From: Octopus sinensis
Lineage: Eukaryota
Length of the DNA stretch: 64,000 nt
Direction of reading: 5' to 3'
Assembly: GCF_006345805.1 (NCBI RefSeq)
Contig: NC_042998.1
Location: 110,360,001-110,424,000, forward strand
The position numbers and the translations under genes were made by a program. Under the pieces are notes generated by a model. The model was not told the DNA's origin, did not search any database, and saw only the letters and a program-made list of their open reading frames with translations. This document shows positions 1 to 14,999 of the stretch, piece by piece (the first letter of the stretch is position 1; every line of letters begins with the position of its first letter).

Positions 1-323
1 AGCACTTATATTCATAAAATATGCCATGGATCTTGAAGCAATCTTTGTTCTCCGTTTATGAGTTATATGTATTTTAAAATCAGGGACGCTGAATTGCGAG
101 AAAATATGAAAACCCGTGGAAAAAACGTGAAGGCGGTTGATGCAAAATATGGAGCGAGGAAACAGAAACGAAATCAAGAGTATTAAGATACTCGTCCATC
201 CTGATTGCAGAAATCTCATTAAATACAACTAGTATAGAACAAAATAAGATGAAATGTGTTAAAGTCTGCGACGGATCAACTTAATCCGGAGCGAGTGGTG
301 TCCTTCAATTCGATAAAAGAAGC

Positions 324-960
324 CTATCCATATTTACTGCTGCTAAAATTTTCAGACCTGGAATGAAGCAGTGTGATGGAATTGCTGGATGTAAGATGAA
401 TACGAGATCTTTCTGCTACGCAGAAGTAATATTTCTTAGATCCATTAACATATGGCTTGTATTTCTCTGCTATTCTCCACTTAAATTTATGTGGTGTGAA
501 GTTACTCCTCGAATTCCATACGTAGCTAGCCAACTCAGTTGCATCACTTTTATCGACGTGCAGGAAAGTAGGTAGGTGGTTTTCATAACGTCTCTTGAAA
601 TCGCCCTCAAATGACACAATGTAACTCTTCTTTTCAATTGATTTATCTCGAAGCGTAGCTGTAACTTCAGTCCCGTATGCGACGGAGTTTATCGTACACG
701 CCTGGTAAAGTAGGTAAGCTTTAGGGTCTCGGCAATTACAACTGGGAATGATCTATTGGTAATTTTTACGAGTTATAATGTTCTTCCTATTGGGCAGCAG
801 CTGTATGATATTTTAATTGAGCGTATGGATTAAAGATGATACGTGCTAACATGCAATAATTTAGGATGATGCTGTAAGCTGAAACTCCCGGAACAACACC
901 TAAATAAATAACGTCGACGGTTGCTTCTTTCAGAGAACCGGAACTAAACGAAGTTTCCCT
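324..960 (-). mobile_element. Penelope-like retroelement fragment (linker + GIY-YIG endonuclease), decayed
   Basis: Minus-strand translation gives SCNCRDPKAY..ACTINSVAY (PLE CNCR..CPL..C..VVY motif), then KSYIVSFEGDFKRRYENH..ATELASYVW..KWRIAEK..PY.NGSKK..C..E, the PLE GIY-YIG pattern. Confidence 0.8.
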
Positions 961-1488
961 GAGTACCAAGGATATAGTACAAGCTACAAGGGTTGCTAGT
1001 CAGGAAAACCGCAGCCATATAAAATAAAGCATCCAGACTCCAAAACCATAATTACAATTAAAAAATGATTAAAAAAAAAGGTAAGATGAAATACGATATG
1101 CACTCGGGATTTACGCATGTCACCAGAAAACCTCAAAAACGTTTTCGAAATGTAAAATATAATCCAGAGTAAAGTTTTATAACTTGGACAGCCACAACTA
1201 AAACAAAAGATCACTGGATCTGTTACATCATAAAGAAAAATGAAATCAAAAAGTGTGCGGACAAAATTTGGTTTAAACGTCTCCTGAAAATATGGTCTCA
1301 AAATTGTTCAAGTCAATACACCAACGTAGGTTGTTCCATAAGCAGAGAAATGAAGGAATTAATAATTGCAAAGCCTTTACCGAAATAATATCGGTAGGGA
1401 AAAACAAAGTTAGAGCTTTGAAACCAGTACAATCTCAGGGAATACTCATGAAATGGAAGCAACAACAGAAGAAAAAAAGCCTAAAATA

Positions 1489-1535
<47 letters not shown>

Positions 1536-1949
1536 ATTTTAATACATGAGCCCTGATAAAAAAAGTAATAGCACCGATTTGCAAAAAGAAGCAAATTTAC
1601 TTTAAGAGTAAACCAATTGGGATTAGAAGGAACCCTATAGACGTATTCCAAACAGAAAATTATTTTGTCATAACTGAGCAGCAAACACAATTTGACGACA
1701 GTGAATGTTTAACAAACAACATAGAAAAAGATATCATGAAGACAGCATTCATTAAAGAAAAGCATTTGGCATCAAGAAAGGGAAGAAAAATAGTAACCCC
1801 AAGTAAAATCTTTAAAAGAAGGCAGAAAGTTTTTGGAATGTAGAAATATTTTCATACAAATAGCAGTAGAATTCGAAAACTGTTACCCGCCTTAGAAATA
1901 GCATTGAATTTATGAAGGCGAAATATGGAAGCCTCAACGATACTACTAG

Positions 1950-2130
1950 TTTTAGAAGTTATACCGCACGAAGCGTAACACCATCAAACAAATAATGATG
2001 GCCAAAACTCCAAGGGAAGAGAACATAAAAAGCGATGTTTTAAAAGAAACAAGAAAAATCACATTAACGTAACTGACCACAAATTGCAAACCTTTCCGGT
2101 CTCTTTGAAACGAAGAAGAATCTTTCTAAT
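1950..2130 (+). mobile_element. Highly decayed LINE (RTE-like) RT N-terminal fragment
   Basis: IKQIMMAKTPREENIKSDVLKE resembles the IKxMKxGKAPGxDxIxxExLK motif preceding non-LTR RT domain 0; weak. Confidence 0.35.
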
Positions 2131-2975
2131 TGGGAGCAATAAAGTAAATATTTTACTGTTCGAAACGCCAAATATATGTATTACTGAAATTAGCAGCGTG
2201 TAATCCTCTATCTCCGATATTAACATATTTGCAAATTTCATATCGGATTACCAGCAATTTGACGAAAACTCGCCTTGTAAATAAAGTGGATTCAGGTGAT
2301 TTTCCCTAAGAATGAATAGCTAGATTCATTCAACAGTAATTCGGATATTCGAAGAGGTATAACATATGAGTTTGTTTAGCGTTTGTGGACAATCCAGTTA
2401 CATTCAAATCTACAATAAAAGAAACAGTAATACCAGCCATGACAAAATTTATCGTACAACCAGTATACAGGAAGGTATTTAAACACAATTGCTTCTATAT
2501 TGCAACATTCATCAGAATACACATAGAATTGTTCGAACAAAGTTCCACAAAGGGAAAAACGAATGCGAGAAAAGATAATCTATTTTCTGTAAATTTTCAA
2601 CACTTAGTAGTGTTTCTGAATTAGCAAATTTCTCAGGAACGATTCGTAGTTGATATATTTCTTGTGGGAGAAGTTCCTAGCGAACATCAAACAATGTTAT
2701 GGTAAGTGATTCTAGAAGGCAAGGCAGTAGAGGTAAGAAAGAGCAAAAAGAAAAAAATGATAGATGAATGTCTTCATGTCAAAGTTAAAGAAATGTCCTT
2801 TACAACAGTAAACAGTTAAATCTAACTTTGACAACGTATAACGATACAACCAAATAGATAAAAAGACAAAAAAATTGAGAAAAACTTTGGTCTCATGCAC
2901 GCTTGTGGTGTAAAAGGTAATTTTTAAATGGATATGATTCGAAACCGACAAAAGTCAAGTTTAACATCATTCTTT

Positions 2976-2983
2976 CATACACA

Positions 2984-3071
<88 letters not shown>

Positions 3072-3305
3072 CGCGCGCACACACACAAAACACATGTAAT
3101 ATATAACGCTCACGGTATAAATTTTCATTTTAGGTATTCAAATGTTTTACTTTCAAAACGGAGCAAGGTCTCACATTGCCGGTGAGAACTAGAACATTTT
3201 TCGGGTTATGTCTTTTACACATCTGGTTAGTGTGCATATAAAATGGCCAGATATAAATATATAGTTCGATTGATGTAACTATCTCCCATTGTATATCTAA
3301 AAAGC

Positions 3306-3376
<71 letters not shown>

Positions 3377-3458
3377 GTGTCTGTATATATATATATATAT
3401 ATATATAAATCTTATGCATATACATGTTTATTTTACACACACACACATATGAATGAAA

Positions 3459-3509
<51 letters not shown>

Positions 3510-3552
3510 ATATATAAGAAACTATGAGAGATAGGTTGATAGATAGATAGAC

Positions 3553-3650
<98 letters not shown>
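2976..3650. repeat. Microsatellite cluster (CA)n, (TA)n, (GATA)n
   Basis: Directly visible tandem repeats. Confidence 0.95.
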
Positions 3651-6345
3651 GATCTTTGGCAGAGTATCGTAGAGAATGTTTTACCGTATATGCGACGGTT
3701 TTATACTTTAAAAGCAAAGTACAATGAAGTTAATATTATTAGATACTTTTCTGGATCATTAACGGAACTACATCCCTTAAAATGGTCAGTTTTGTTATTC
3801 CGTTATTTTATTCTTGCTCCCCTTCTACCATTTTCGTTTTCTCTATCTTACAGTAGAAGAAATTGTCTATGATAGGACTTTAGAATAGATGTCTCCATCA
3901 AGAATAAAAAATGCCTGTAGCAGACCATGTGCTACGTAGATTCCATTGTAACACTCACACACGCACGCGCGCGCACACGAAGCACAAACACACACACATG
4001 TATATGTTCACAGACATATACATATACATATATAAGCGATTCTTTGAGAAGGAATTCTACATCTCTAATATGTGTGTGTGTGTGTGTGTGTGTCTGTGTG
4101 TGCAGAACACCATTGTAATTTAATGATGCTTAAACTCAAGTTGCAATACCAAACCTTAATCATTTAAGTCCTCCTGTGGGACTTGAAATTTTAGAGAATT
4201 ATTGTTGTTACAGTAGCAACCAATAAATTGTTGTAGTGAACCAACACAATAACATTCCAGTATCATAGTTGTTGTCTCTTTCGCTTATCGAAATGATCCG
4301 AGTGGATGTGTGTTCGCTCATTCCTTTGTGAAGATAACCAGATTATCCGGTCTCAAGCGTATAGAAAGTTTCACCAAAATAAACAAAGTAGAACTAAGAA
4401 CCCTAATAGATTGAACGTGATATCTTAGGTGTCCAGTCCAGAAAGAAACTTGATATTAAGTCACACATGTTCACATATATACATACAAACCAACACACAT
4501 ACACACATATATGCATACAAGCATATACATAGATACATATGAGTGTACGTGTGCGTGTGCGTGTATGTGTATGTGTGTGTGCCAATGGATGTTAGAATGT
4601 GAGGTTGAAAGCTGGATGCGTATACTTGTACGTCAATTGTGCTTTTTATAAATCCAACAATATAGTGATGAATCGATAATATCTGATGGCTAAGCTGAAC
4701 TATAGCCACAAACATTACTGAACTCACAAATCTTCTTTCATAGTTATATACGTCAGCGATTTATTTTTGTATATCTAAATACGCATATATTCGTATATAT
4801 GTATATATTTGTGTATTAATGGAAGTGTGTATATAGTAATGTAATTGTGTGTATGTATATGCGTGTGTGCAAATGTGTTTCAGTGTGCGTTTCACTGTTT
4901 TCATTTGCATATCGACCACCTAATCCATTTATCCAAACACGCTTGGATATATTCATATTTATTAAGTTGACTATGTATCCGCCTGTATGCCTTTGTGCAT
5001 TTGTGCGTGTGGAGTACTTTCTAAGTTGCGTTGTTTATATATCTATTTGTTTCAATATGCATATATGTATACTCTCTCTCTGTCTCTTCCCCTCACACAC
5101 ACATACACACGCATACACACACACATAGACAACCAATCCAAAGACAAAGACAACCCATACAGACAACCAATCCAAAGGATACGTGTGTATTATGTTGTTT
5201 AGTTTATGATCTCTTCTAACATCGTTTCTTAAAATATTCCAGTAACCATGCAGCGACTTGCAGAGATAGTTTTGATTATTCTTAAATGAATAGAATGGGC
5301 GGCTCTTGTAGATTTCACCAATCGGAGGTGAGACTAAATTAGATTGGATATGCTGTGTGGTGACGTTGATATTAACGATTGCCAAAATGGCTACGTTATG
5401 AAGGCCAAAGGTCGAATAAAACAAACAGTGAGAATGTGTAATATCCAAGTCAAAATTGTTGGACATCACTCTCCGTGTGAAATACTGTGATGATTAATAC
5501 TAGTCAAGTGTGCAAAGCGTTGTTATTCTCTAAATATCAGTTGTAACGCGTAATAAAAGAATATACTTAGTGTTTTTTTTTAAATTTTATTTTGGAAGGT
5601 CTCCATAGGGAATAAAAATTGCTGACGTGTTTTTATTTCAGATACAAAAGGGTATAAAAAATTCTGAATTACTTTGTGTTTGGGAAAAGGAAATTCAGTT
5701 TAAGAGACGTCATATGAGTATATGTAGAAAAATAAGAAGAAATTTCATTTATAGTCAGGCCTTTTGTGTAGAAAAATGGTTTCGGTGTGTTTAAAGTAGG
5801 GTTCCAATTAGTACAAAATTGATTTCCAAAAGTCAGTGCAATTGATCATTGATTTCCATTCTTTTTATTGAGTTCACACATTCTAGCGAACGAGTTGTGT
5901 AAAAAAGAGAGTATAAGACATGGTTCAATAAAGAAATAGAGGTATTAATGATAATTATAATTGCGCAGATGCTGTGTACAATGTTCCGCATCAGTATAAG
6001 ATTTCATGAAACACTTATTAATTATACTCCACTTATTTTGAACGGAACAAATTTCAAAATAGTTTACACATGAATCACATAGCCGCTGATATTGACGTTG
6101 GTATACATACTTACATAGATGCATACACAAAGCACACACACGCACACACGCACACATACACATATGTCTATATATATATATATAATAAATAAATATATAC
6201 ATATCTAGAAATATATATACATATATATGCATTTATACACACATATATATGTGTACCTATATACACATATTCATAGATATATGCATACATCTTTCACATA
6301 TATATATATATATAGATATACACACACATCCCTCATACACACACA

Positions 6346-6392
<47 letters not shown>

Positions 6393-7026
6393 TATATATA
6401 TCACAGAGATTCTCTGATACTTTTGGAAGAAGTTGATGATAACGGCGTGTATGATGCCCATGTTATGTTACGTAGAGCAATTTTGATCTGTATGTTGCTA
6501 ATGTCTCACCGAATTGAAGTGTTCGACGATTGATTCCAGTTTTCATTCTCCATTCAATGAGTATTTTATTTTTATTTTTGTTTGAGAACTGTCCCTTTTA
6601 CGGCCTTAGGCGGCAAATATTGGCTCAATATACATTTGATTATTTTCACATGAGTCCTTACATAATTTTATAAGCGCTTTGTTACTTTAGGCTATATTTT
6701 ATTGAGAACACTATCTTCCAGACTACTCGATGAAAATGTTGTTAAGGATATTTTGTAAATCAAGTTTTCTTTTTACACTGTGTATTGACATGGGTAAATA
6801 TTCTTTATTATTGCTTACGTACAGTGAAACGGCGTGAATACGTTGTAATTGTCTGACTAAACCAAGGGCTACAGTTGTAAGTTTGCAATTGCGATACTTG
6901 TCATCAAATTTGTAAATAACCAATGTTACTTGTTGCATGCTCCCATATTTTCAGGCTTCCATATGTTCTTGGAACATATGCTCCCATATGTTCTTGATAT
7001 GAAGTGTTTTTAGTTATATTTTTTGT

Positions 7027-7692
7027 AGGCGAGTGTAGGTTCCATCCAACCGCCTCACAAGCTTCTTTGATAACGTCCATGTTTCTGAGCCATATAGTAG
7101 AATTGGTTCGACTGTGGCTTTGAAGATTTTAAGTTTGAAGTCTCTACTTAGATTTGATTACCAGATCTTATGCATATCATTACAGGCTGACCAGGCCATA
7201 CCCTCTCTAGTTAGAAAATCTTTTCCAGATGATGATATGTATGACCCAAGATATTTGTAATCGGAAACCGTATTTAAGGGCGTATTATTGAGAGTATGGA
7301 TGATGCAATCACTGTTGGACAGGCACTTGTTTACATATTCAGTCTTGGCCTACACTCGCCTCCGCATGAGAGCTCAAAATCTCTCGTGGAAGTGTCATCC
7401 AACCAAAATGCAAATATATGGGAAACTACCACCTGTGTCATCTCTTGTGAAACGTAGGAGAGTCCAGTTTGCTGGACATTGTTATAGAGCTGAAAACGAG
7501 GCAATTTCTACTCTTCTCCTCTGGAAGCCATCTACTCGCGATATCAGAGGGCGCACACTCTCCTACTCTGATGTAATCTCCAGGGATACAGGCATCCAGC
7601 AGCAGGACCTCCGTAATGCTATGATGGACCGTGAAGTCTGGCGTAGCATGGTAAATTCCATTGTCTCGACCACGGTCGAACAATGATGATGA
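7027..7692 (+). mobile_element. RTE-clade LINE 3' end with inverted 5' segment (7027-7348 antisense; 7349-7692 sense)
   Basis: Minus strand: KTEY..YKYLGSYI..AWSACNDMHKIW*SNLSRDFKLKIFKATVEPILLYGSETWTLSKKLVRRLDGTYTRL. Plus strand: YTRLRMRAQNLSW..RRRVQFAGHCYR..LLWKP..GRTLSY..AMMDREVWR, then a short (TGA)n tail. Confidence 0.92.
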
Positions 7693-10600
7693 ATGTTTTA
7701 GTTTAGTATTTCTTTCGTATATTATCGAAATAAATTTCTAATTTGGTGTAATACACTTTTGATCGGCTTTACAGGTCTCTTTCTCACACAAATAATAAGA
7801 ATTGGTTTCTAATTATACACATACGATATACATCAGATATATTGAAAATATACTTGTCGTAACGCTCATACTTTGGATCTGTTTGTAGAATAATGCAAAA
7901 TATTCTAATAAGACAGTAGATAGATAAAGCTAAATAACAAATAACGAACATGTTAAAATAAATAAATGCATAAATGCTCCATTTATTAAAAACAAACAAT
8001 AATAAAGTTTATTACAGCACAATTCTCATCCCCCCAACCATAAACTAACACTACTTGTATACAGCAGTGTTTGTTACGAGGTTTACTGCTCTTTGAGTCT
8101 ATACGGTATTTTCATGATATATTTCAATACTATGGCAAGGAACACCCCTGGTTATATGCTTACGTGGCTCATATACGCGATGCTTGCACTTTCAATTCCA
8201 TCAAAAACACTCTGCGCCTCAAATGTAACATCTGGTTACGCTTTCCTCTCAGGCATGTCATCTCAAGCAGTTTTTCACAACTGAATTTCTTTTTTACATA
8301 TGACACTGATATTGCCAAATGTCTCCCCACTCCACTACCTTAACTCTCAAGATTCTGATATTCATTCCAGCCCACATTTTCTTTGCTCTGTAGACACCAG
8401 CCTACAGCTGTTTATGCCGCAAGTCTACTGCATCGATCTCACCAATTTGATAAAATCTGAAATCTATTTCGGAAATGACCTTTCTTCACAGAATATCCTA
8501 TAGAAATAAGTGACTCGCAGTTTTCCTTGCAAATCTTGGCATAATTTATGAGAATGTCTTCTTTCAAGAATTAATTGTCTGACCAAGGCAAATTGTATTC
8601 ATCCTTACTTATCATTTCTGATCTGATTGGCACAACACACATGACTGGTTTTCAAGTTTGATATCCACGTCCAATGAATCAGGATTCACGTGTATTTGGA
8701 ATATGACAAGTAAGCTTCATTGCAGTATTTTACTTATCTGTTATTTCAAAAGTGTTGATATTTTCATTTAGTCAGAAGTATTTTAATACAAGCATTAAAC
8801 AACTACATTTGCAAAACTACCGTATACTGGAACACAACTAATGTCTGAGGATTTGTTAATTCTACATTGACGTATCTATGTATCATAACACCAAGAAAAT
8901 GATTACCATCATAGGATCTGAAAATATCATGGTCGGATTTGGATAACATGCTAGATATGAATAATCTTAAATACCATTCTACTCTATAGTATTTATGATG
9001 TGATACATAATAATTTTTTCGTTTGCCACAAAGTAGAGTAAGATTATTACTCTACATATTACATATGTAGAATTTAATTAATTGAAGAAAATATATTTAA
9101 TACATTTCGCTCCTTCTTCCAAATATTCTAGATCCCAATGTATATCCAATAAATCACAGCAAAGATCTTTTAATTAATACGATATATAATAACCTTTCAA
9201 ATAAAAGAGTAATGATGTAAACTACAACGAACGAAATATTTGTTTCCCCGCTGTGTACAACCTTAAAGGAAACAAGATTCAAAGTCAAATTCAGAATAAA
9301 ATAACATCCAGGGCATTTAATTTGCTGCTTATTTATATGCCAGGATGTTTTAATGTATTCGATAAAATTCGAAAGAAATATTTCAGGAACCTTATTAATA
9401 TTGTAATTCCTTAAAGGACAGCATGTTTAGAAATATGTAAGCGCACATAATTTGATTTTAATGTGATGATAACATGAAATAATTTCATTTAATTTGAGAG
9501 AATAAATGTTGTCAGCAGGGCTGAAATTCTAATGGAATCTACATCCAATTGGCAAAATGTTGTCATGCACGAACAATAAGAGTAACGGGTGCAGAGGAAT
9601 AGGAGTTATATAACGTACTAATATATATATATCAAGAACCATATATTTTAGAAAAAACAAAATTATGCCTTTATTATGCAAAAGTAACATTGTGTATATA
9701 AAGTGAATAATATATTTTAATAAAAGTAAAATGATTTAAACAACCAAGCATACAGTTCTGTGCCCCATAAATCAGAGTGCCTTGAATGACATTTCTTAGC
9801 ACGTAAAAATTTTCTCAACCTCAGATTGCCAAAAGTGCAGATAAATGGGATATATAAAAACCTGATAGAACTAGTTTAACTCAAAGTCCATTTCAATTCA
9901 ACTACCTGCACCTAGAATTGATTAAAAGATCACTTTGTTCCAAGTCCTTCCCCAATATTTTCCCTCCAGACATTTAACTATAGAAGTTTAAGTGGCATGT
10001 CATCCACACCTGTCTGATAATTTCTGAAGGGTTTGAAGGAATCATAGACATTGGCATGTTTTCACTCTTTAACATATTAAACTATGTGGAAGTTTATGTT
10101 TTCAAATGATTCTACATATAAGTTGTTAAGTATTATTTCTCGAAACATCAGTTTGTCACATATACTTTCCACACATCAGAAATCTTTTTAGTTGCATATC
10201 AATTAGCTTATTAAATTTCAATGCGGAACACTAATTTAAATACTGAAATCTACTAGTGTCTTGTCGCAAATTTTGAAAGCTTATAACGAATGACAATGTT
10301 TTTTTCCCTGTATGTTAGTGGCAAACAGCTGTTCTCGGAGAAAAGCTGCACTTCAAAATGTCAAAAGCTGAAAGTATTCACTTCAGATGTTTGCTATGAT
10401 GAATTATATATAAAAGTACTAAAATCCGCGAAGCATCTATTTGCAACTTTTGCTTGAAATAGAAAAAAAAAAGAAGGGAAAAAACCCATGCTATGCAGAC
10501 ACATAAATGACGCATTTATTTTATGATTATGAATATCGTGATAGAAGAAAATAGAATTGGGTGTGGAGCAATTTGTCTACCTTTGCTTTCTTTCGTAAAG

Positions 10601-12324
10601 GAAGAAGTTATGACTGCTCGATTCATGATACGAAATAAAATTGACTATATTTGTGATGTTTAACTTTTCAATCAGATTACTATGTAGCAGTAAATATGTA
10701 TACATTGCCATAGTTACAAATTAGTTAAACTCAAGATGTGGGGTTAGAGCAAAATATGTTTGTTGTCTTGCACCTGATACGATCACAGGAGCAACGCACT
10801 TGTTCAGTTTGATCACCCGTAAGATGAAGTTTGTAAAACAACATAGACATAGAAAGAGACTACATCAAAATAGTGCTTCCAGTAAGCAAGATTGGGCACA
10901 TGCTTACGATAGAGTTATTTTCCTTAGAATGTTTGGAGAGAAAACATGTCTGTGAGATAACCGTCAAAGATTATACGAAATGAGTATGTTTAGTTAATCA
11001 AATATTTCATTTAGATGAGATGAATAATGTCGGTGTCGGTATAAACTGGTTTCATTCGTACTTGCAGTACTCGATTAAAGTCCTAAGTGTGATTTTTAGA
11101 ATTTACTGTTGAATGATCTAAAGAGGCCAAGTCTCTAGAACTAATTTTTTGTATGTCAAATGGACAAAGTATCACAAAAGTAACTGCAGATTGCAAATCG
11201 TTGCATTTCTTAAAATTTTTAGGACTTTCATTCTATATCTTTATATTGTTCTGAGTCAAATATTCATAAAGACACATCTAAGCATGTGGTATACTACGTA
11301 TGAAGGCACGATGTTATTTCATAAAGACTAGAGGAGAAAAGAGTTTGCATAAAGCATATTATTTACTTGTGTACGAATAAATTTGTAACTTTGCAATCAT
11401 GTACACATGCATATATGAATAAAATAAATACATACACAGGCACGCACACACAAACACACACACACACAAATATATATATATACATGTATCCACACATACC
11501 CATGTACATAAATACACGTATATACATACATACAAAGTTAAAAGGCATTCGTGTAATAGTGGATGTAAAATTCGTCGAGTATAATTGAGTATGTATCTGC
11601 AACTTGAAAGTTCCAATATTGCAAAGCTGGAGAAGGTTTCATTTTAATGGGAATCAAACAGTTGCTACTGTGGTTTGTTTTCCTCCTCCATGCTACTCAT
11701 GTGGTCCAAAAGTGAGATATAAACCGATGTTGTAACTATATTATCTTCTATGCCTTAAAACTATTCAATTCAAAAATCATCATTGCCTAGTTGATAGACT
11801 TACCGTCTATTTTTCCTTGCTCCCCACTCTAGATGCTATGGACGCCACGTTTCAAAATCATTTATTTTCAAACTAATGGAGTGATCGTAGACCGCAATGA
11901 ATTTCATCAACGAGGGAAGATGTAAATAGCGGCATTCATACTTTTCCGACTAAATAACAAAAAGGCTTATAAAGCTTGGGTTAACTTCATTTTAATGAGG
12001 TTGAACTGACTACTGTGTGCTTACCCAAAGCCTATCATATATACTGTACTTGAAATGTTTACTTTTATGAGTATTTCCTATCCTTATGTAAAAATGCAAG
12101 CGTTTGGAAGGCCAATGATTTCATGCTTTTTTTTATGACAAGCAGAGTTGTACCGTTGTCACATGAAATTTTTACGGCCACCAAATAGTAGAAAGACGAC
12201 ACTAGGATATTCGAAAATTGAGGCCTATCCGAAATGTTTGTGATCTGCTAAAGATAGCCACAGCATCGCTAGTGGTGTTAAAATATGCGACAGGTTAAAT
12301 ATATGATAACATAAGAGAAATGGT

Positions 12325-12430
12325 TCATTCAACGGGCTTCCGTATTGGTTCCGCCAACTAAATGTAACTCATATGGCTTCCAAATATACGCAGCTGTAGA
12401 AGCTGAACAATGAGATAGAACTCGAAACGG
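12325..12430 (-). mobile_element. Decayed SINE fragment (same family as 55372-55762)
   Basis: acgggcttccgtattggttccgccaactaaatgtaactcatatggctt resembles acaggcttctttcagtttccgtctaccaaatccactcacaaggc of the intact copy. Confidence 0.4.
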
Positions 12431-14724
12431 CATTCGGCATTAACAACAGCATTCGTCAATTTCTCTCAGGCACACTATATCACCAGTGCTATGACCTCCT
12501 TATATGCTTATTGTTTTAGCATTCATATAGCCATTCACTATTCATAACACAACTCCATTATAAAATTAAATGAATTCTGTTTCATATTTCAGTTTAATAT
12601 GAAATTGAAATTGATGTAATTTTAAATGTATTCTTTGGAAATATTTGAAATTTAAATTAGGATAATTTTGGAAATAAATAAATCTTTCTGTTTATGTTTC
12701 AGAAAAGAGGCTGCAACAAATAAATATTTAGGTAAAAATGAATCAGGTCATTCTTTATTATTATAATAAAACCAAGAGAGATCCTCTGTAAGGTCACTCA
12801 ACTGCTGGAAGTAGCACCCAAACTTCATAAAGTTACACCTCCAATTTATCTAAAAGTTGTCTATTATATTGCATAAAATATGCTTAATTACCAAGACAAG
12901 TTAGCTGGAATGTCTTAGCTTATGTGTTTATTATAGTCATACTTTGGATATGTAATAGTGGATGTAAACTTAGTTTTAAAGGGTTTGTACCAGAAGCTGT
13001 ATCTATATATTTTTGCTTATGTGTGTACGTGCGAGTCTATATTGATATATGTATTTGCGTAAGAGATACATATAGATCAACAAACACTCAAAGATATAAG
13101 CCTGAGTAAATAGATGTATGTGTGTGTATATGTGTGTGTGTGTGTGGTGGGTGTACGTATATAGGCGTTACGTATAGTTCTATAATTTTGCAGACACAGC
13201 AACAATAAAATAAATGCCTCATACAAGATCAGAGAAACAGACGTTTAAACAAAGTGTCATATTAAAATCACTATTAATGAATTTATTGATTACTTAAGAT
13301 TTGTCTTTCTTAATTTGTAATTAATATCTTTTTTTTATACAAATATTAAGGTATAATTATATAGACATTGATAGCGCATGCACGTAGACTTCTATTAATT
13401 ACTGTCTTATTTTATTTTAAATTATCTGTGATTTATTAAAATTTATGTCAGAGAAATTGTTTTTTTTTTCTTTTCAGTATAAATAGAACAGAAGTGTAAT
13501 GTGTTTTATGGAAAATAGATTAATGATTTTTAAATAAAGTTCTTCATAAAATTATTTATAATCTCATAATATTTGACTCAGTCTTTTACAAAGTAATAGT
13601 TTGTCTAAAGACACACTTGATCATCAAAATACTGGAAAGAAGATTTTATCTCGCTAAGTATTTGAAATAAATAAATATCATTCATATGGCAAGATAAGGG
13701 TTATGCGTTCTTCGCTTTTATTTGATGGTCTTGAAGAGTTAAACGAAATCTGTTACAATTATTTTTAATGTTTCGTTGAATTTGATTCTGAAACTTTCTT
13801 CATCAGATTATGAGATTCGTAGTAAATCTTCGTTTGATTCAGTTGAAGTGAAGTGCATAAATAGAAACATGAATTTCTTTGGATGCAGAAGTCTTCAAAG
13901 TTAACAGGAAACTTTTATAGTATTGACTCACGTAATTCTCTGGATAGTGCTCTCTGAATAGATTACATACGAAAATGTTTTGATTTTACATATTAGCCAG
14001 GGGAAGTTAGAAATTGCCATAGAATGTACTCAAGAACATATTCAGGCTGATGAATTCAATCATATGATGTTCATTTTCATGTTTAACAGATTGATACCTA
14101 GAAAAATAGAGGGTGCAGAGGTGGTTCTCAGCAGTAATGTTAGGTTGAAGTGTTTAATGTGAAAAATTAAGGGCTAAAACCCATTAAGAGTACCAAAAGA
14201 AATGGATACGTATAAATAATGTAACAGTTTCCTTTTTGATGATAGTAGACAAAAGAAACAGAGATCGTGTACAGTTACTCGGTCACAGAGTAGTTAAATT
14301 ATTTTAGTGAATGAGAGTTTACAAATCATTCTGATATATTTTTCTGTAAATAGTTTGGATGGTGTATGCAGCATCAGCATCATACTAAAATTCGGCAAGA
14401 ACACTAATAAGAACAGTGCCTATCACTTATATACGGAAATGAAACATATTATGACCCTTAAAAGATATCCTAGAATTTCAGAATTTATATGTAAATATTT
14501 GGAATTAGCAGATATTCTAAGGACGGCTTGTTTATAAAGTTTCTGATGGGTTTAGTTGTAGATTATTGATGTATAAATCTGACATCCTCACTTCTATTTT
14601 TTATGAGCCTTAACTCTGTTTTGGTACATTTGCGGGAGACTATAACTTACAATATATTTATGAGTAAAGGATTTCCGGGTGTTCGTTTGTAGAATTAGTG
14701 CAATTTTGACCTGAGCTTTCTAAA

Positions 14725-14876
14725 TGTACAGTAGATGTGCTTGTGCGTGTGTTTGTGCGTATGTTTGTGTGTGTGTGCGTTTGTGTTTGCCTGTGTGTGC
14801 GTCCGTGTATGTGCGTGTGAGTGTGTTTGTAGGTGTGTGCATGTGTGTATGTTTGTGTGTGTGCGTGCATGCGTGA

Positions 14877-14925
<49 letters not shown>

Positions 14926-14965
14926 TGTGTGTCTGTGTGTCTGTGTGTGTATGTATATGTGTGTT
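14725..14965. repeat. (GT)n-rich microsatellite
   Basis: Directly visible. Confidence 0.9.
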
Positions 14966-14999
14966 TCCGATGGGAAATATAGCTGAAACGCACAGGATT

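Noticed and set aside
5035-5490. 144-aa minus ORF and a plus-frame peptide LCGDVDINDCQNGY (EGF-like look)
   Set aside because: No recognisable domain continuation, weak splice signals, nearby in-frame stops.
9840-10060. Possible RTE 3' remnant (GRTWNKVI-like) on the minus strand
   Set aside because: Single weak motif; cannot be distinguished from chance.
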